Source: an uncultured Gammaproteobacteria bacterium | GTDB lineage: Bacteria > Patescibacteriota > Patescibacteriia > VMEV01 > CAZAJQ01 | Length of the DNA: 64,000 bases | Assembly: GCA_964485795.1 (NCBI GenBank) | Contig: CAZAJQ010000006.1 | Coordinates: forward strand, 9,716 to 73,715 | Reading direction: 5' to 3' | In this document: positions 61,644-64,000 of the stretch, in pieces | How positions within the stretch are numbered: position 1 is the stretch's first letter | Layout: each line of letters begins with the position of its first letter | Position numbers and translations under genes: made by a program | Notes under the pieces: model-generated | What the model saw: only the letters and a program-made list of their open reading frames with translations | Database searches by the model: none | What the model was told of the DNA's origin: nothing

Positions 61644-63213
61644 GCAGAAAACTTCGTCCCGACATATACGATCCCGGTTTCACGTCCATGAGCTCAAGCA
61701 CGGTGGGCGCAATATCGGCGATAAGGCCTATGGGAGACATTTCCATGATGATGGCATCCACTTCTTCTTTTGATTTTTCACGTCGAAATTCTTCGCCGCA
61801 GAGAATGAAAGGCACGGGATTGGTCGTATGCTCCTTATGAGGCCTTCCGGATACCGGGTCGATCATCACTTCGGCATTGCCATGATCCGCGCATACCACG
61901 AGAATGCCATTCACATCATCAACAGCCTTTTTGATCTTTCCCAGCGCAATATCACAGGCTTCCACCGCTTTGATCGTGGCTTCCAGATTCCCCGTATGTC
62001 CCACCATGTCGGGGTTTGGAAAATTAATCAAGGTATAGACGTATTTTCTGGAAGAAATGGCTTTCACGACTTTATCGGTGATGGGAACCGAGCTCATCTC
62101 GGGCTGCATATCATACGTCGCAACGGCCGGAGAGGGAATGATCTTACGATCTTCTTTTTGAAAAGGATCTTCCGCGCCTCCATTGAAAAAAAAGGTCACA
62201 TGAGCGTATTTCTCGGTTTCTGAAATGCGAAATTGCGGACGATTCAGCTCCGCGACAATACGGCCAAAGGGATATTCGATCGTTTCTTCGGGAAAAGCAA
62301 GAGCCGATACCGGCAAACCGGCCTCATACTGCATCATGGTCACCGTATGAATGTCTTTGACCACCACTTCTCGGCTGAAATCGGAAAAATCGGGTACGAC
62401 AAACGCTTTGGCGATTTGCCTCATGCGATCCGGTCTGAAATTGAAAAAAATGATCACATCATGGTCTTTGACGGTATGCACCCCATCATGGTGCTCAACG
62501 ATGAGCGGCGGCATATTTTCATCATCAAACTTTTCTTCGTATTTTTGTTTCATGGTTTTGAGAGGGTCTTGTGTTTTCTCCCCTTTTCCCGAAGCGATGA
62601 GGTCATAGGCTTTTTGCGTGCGCTCCCATGTATTGTTGCGATCCATGCCATAATAACGACCGATGACACTGGCCAATTTCCCGGTTTTGGAAGATTTCAT
62701 GACCTCCATGAGGGTCGCGATAAAATTCACGCCGGCCTTGGGGTTCGTGTCGCGACCATCGGTGAAGGCATGGACAAAGACATTGTCTTTGGACTTGTTT
62801 TGCTGAAAAAAATGCAAAAGCGCGTCAAGATGTTCGATATGACTGTGCACTCCACCATTGCTCACCAAACCGATGATATGAATATTGGACTTGTGCTTTT
62901 GGCTATACGCCAATGCATCCAAAAATGCTTTATTGCGAAAAAATGTCTTGTCTTCTACAGCCATGGAAATGCGGGGAAGCTTTTGATACTGCACCAAACC
63001 CGATCCCAGATTGGTATGTCCGACTTCGGAATTGCCCACCTCACCCCATGGCAACCCCACGGCAATGCCCGAGGCATCCAGCGCCGTGAACGGATACTGC
63101 ATCATGAGTCCGTCAATGATGGGCTTTTTCGCGAGAGCCACGGCGTTTCCCTCCACAACCGGGTTTAACCCAAACCCGTCCAATATAACCTGTACTACGA
63201 TTCGATCTTTCAT
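61630..63213 (-). CDS. gpmI: 2,3-bisphosphoglycerate-independent phosphoglycerate mutase
   Basis: ILDGFG, GNSEVGH, TDGRD, NFRPDR, ETEKYAHVT, NPDMVGH, ADHGN, HT. Confidence 0.97.
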   Translation of the reverse strand: MKDRIVVQVILDGFGLNPVVEGNAVALAKKPIIDGLMMQYPFTALDASGIAVGLPWGEVGNSEVGHTNLGSGLVQYQKLPRISMAVEDKTFFRNKAFLDALAYSQKHKSNIHIIGLVSNGGVHSHIEHLDALLHFFQQNKSKDNVFVHAFTDGRDTNPKAGVNFIATLMEVMKSSKTGKLASVIGRYYGMDRNNTWERTQKAYDLIASGKGEKTQDPLKTMKQKYEEKFDDENMPPLIVEHHDGVHTVKDHDVIIFFNFRPDRMRQIAKAFVVPDFSDFSREVVVKDIHTVTMMQYEAGLPVSALAFPEETIEYPFGRIVAELNRPQFRISETEKYAHVTFFFNGGAEDPFQKEDRKIIPSPAVATYDMQPEMSSVPITDKVVKAISSRKYVYTLINFPNPDMVGHTGNLEATIKAVEACDIALGKIKKAVDDVNGILVVCADHGNAEVMIDPVSGRPHKEHTTNPVPFILCGEEFRREKSKEEVDAIIMEMSPIGLIADIAPTVLELMDVKPGSYMSGRSFLHDIV

Positions 63214-63237
63214 AAAATGCAAAAATAAGAAAAGAAT

Positions 63238-63867
63238 TCAAGCACGTTCGGCCTCTTTGACGGACACCTTTCCTTGACGCAATATTTCCCACGACGAGCC
63301 CCGACGCCTTACCACGGTGGAAGGAACCCGCCCCGATACTTTCCCGCCGTCAATGAGGATATCGGGTGCGTCTTTCTTTCCCCGGAAAAAATCCTCGATG
63401 ATTTGCGGGTCATTCATGGACGTTTGCCCCGAAATATTCACCGAAGTGCTTACGAGCGGCGCTGCGAGATCGGCTGCCAAACGCCTTACGAAAGGATCAT
63501 CGGGTATTCGTATGCCGACCGTATCGGAATTTCCGGAGAGTTGCATCGGAATACGCGCGGTTTTGGGTAAAACAAAAGTGACGGCACCCGGCCAATACTT
63601 CGCAAACATACCTTTATCAAGGTCATCTATTATAGCATACGTTTCCACTTCATTCACATCGCTTGCGATGATCGAAAGCGCCTTTTCCGCATCCCTTTTT
63701 TTGATGCGAAAAATCTTTTGTATGGCATCCATCCTTCGAATATCGGCGCCAAGTCCATAAACGGTATCCGTAGGGTAGACGATCACGCCTCCGTTTCGAA
63801 GCGCGGAGATCAATCCACGATATTGGGCTTCCGAAAGTCGATGATTTTTCAGACGAATGATATTCAT
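63238..63867 (-). CDS. tsaC: L-threonylcarbamoyladenylate synthase (Sua5/YrdC)
   Basis: YPTDTVYGLG, KKR, WPGAVT, GIRIP, STSVNISG, PSTVV. Confidence 0.95.
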   Translation of the reverse strand: MNIIRLKNHRLSEAQYRGLISALRNGGVIVYPTDTVYGLGADIRRMDAIQKIFRIKKRDAEKALSIIASDVNEVETYAIIDDLDKGMFAKYWPGAVTFVLPKTARIPMQLSGNSDTVGIRIPDDPFVRRLAADLAAPLVSTSVNISGQTSMNDPQIIEDFFRGKKDAPDILIDGGKVSGRVPSTVVRRRGSSWEILRQGKVSVKEAERA

Positions 63868-64000
63868 ATTTTCAATAATTCCGGCTGAGGATAATGATTC
63901 TTCACGATAAAAAAATATTTCACCACTTCAATCAACAACACCTGAAACACTCCGATCCCGATCGGTACCGCCCAATGGTACGACGGCAAGGGGACGGTAT
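63864..64000 (-). CDS. C-terminus of a probable cation-transporting P-type ATPase (partial)
   Basis: Manual translation TVPLPSYHWAVPIGIGVFQVLLIEVVKYFF...; resembles the last TM of Ca/cation P-type ATPases; TGA overlaps the tsaC ATG. Confidence 0.55.
   Translation of the reverse strand, partial: TVPLPSYHWAVPIGIGVFQVLLIEVVKYFFIVKNHYPQPELLKI

Overview
Core chromosomal segment of a bacterium using genetic code 11 (TGA = stop). Gene content suggests Patescibacteria/CPR (inference): archaeal-type UMP kinase, short HrcA, large VirB4/TraG-like ATPase, S8 protease with FG-GAP repeats, short TsaB-like ORF, little Shine-Dalgarno use. Most genes are on the minus strand. It carries prs, dnaX, a complete F1Fo atp operon, hrcA-grpE-dnaK-dnaJ, mraZ-rsmH-ftsL-PBP-murF-like, rplJL, pyrH, mltG, a partial riboflavin cluster, two glycosylation clusters, gdh, murE, gpmI, tsaC and three tRNAs (Arg-CCG, Gln-CTG, Glu-CTC). 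Highlights: (1) a ~744-aa protein with an N-terminal TPR-like segment and a C-terminal RelE/ParE-like domain, next to tRNA-Arg, with no adjacent antitoxin; (2) three intergenic ~101-106-bp inverted-repeat elements (CCCCACACCAAATCAG...CTGATTTGGTGTGGGG) with conserved arms, one compensatory change, and fixed-length 69-70 bp divergent interiors, all inside essential operons; (3) a separate 121-bp MITE in two copies with 17-bp TIRs and 5-bp target duplications; (4) a translin/TRAX-family RNase gene inside the CIRCE/HrcA chaperone operon; (5) two apparent pseudo-enzymes (MurF without a P-loop, truncated iPGM without most metal ligands). No transposase, integrase, CRISPR array or rRNA was seen. All calls come from motif recognition by eye; no database searches were run.
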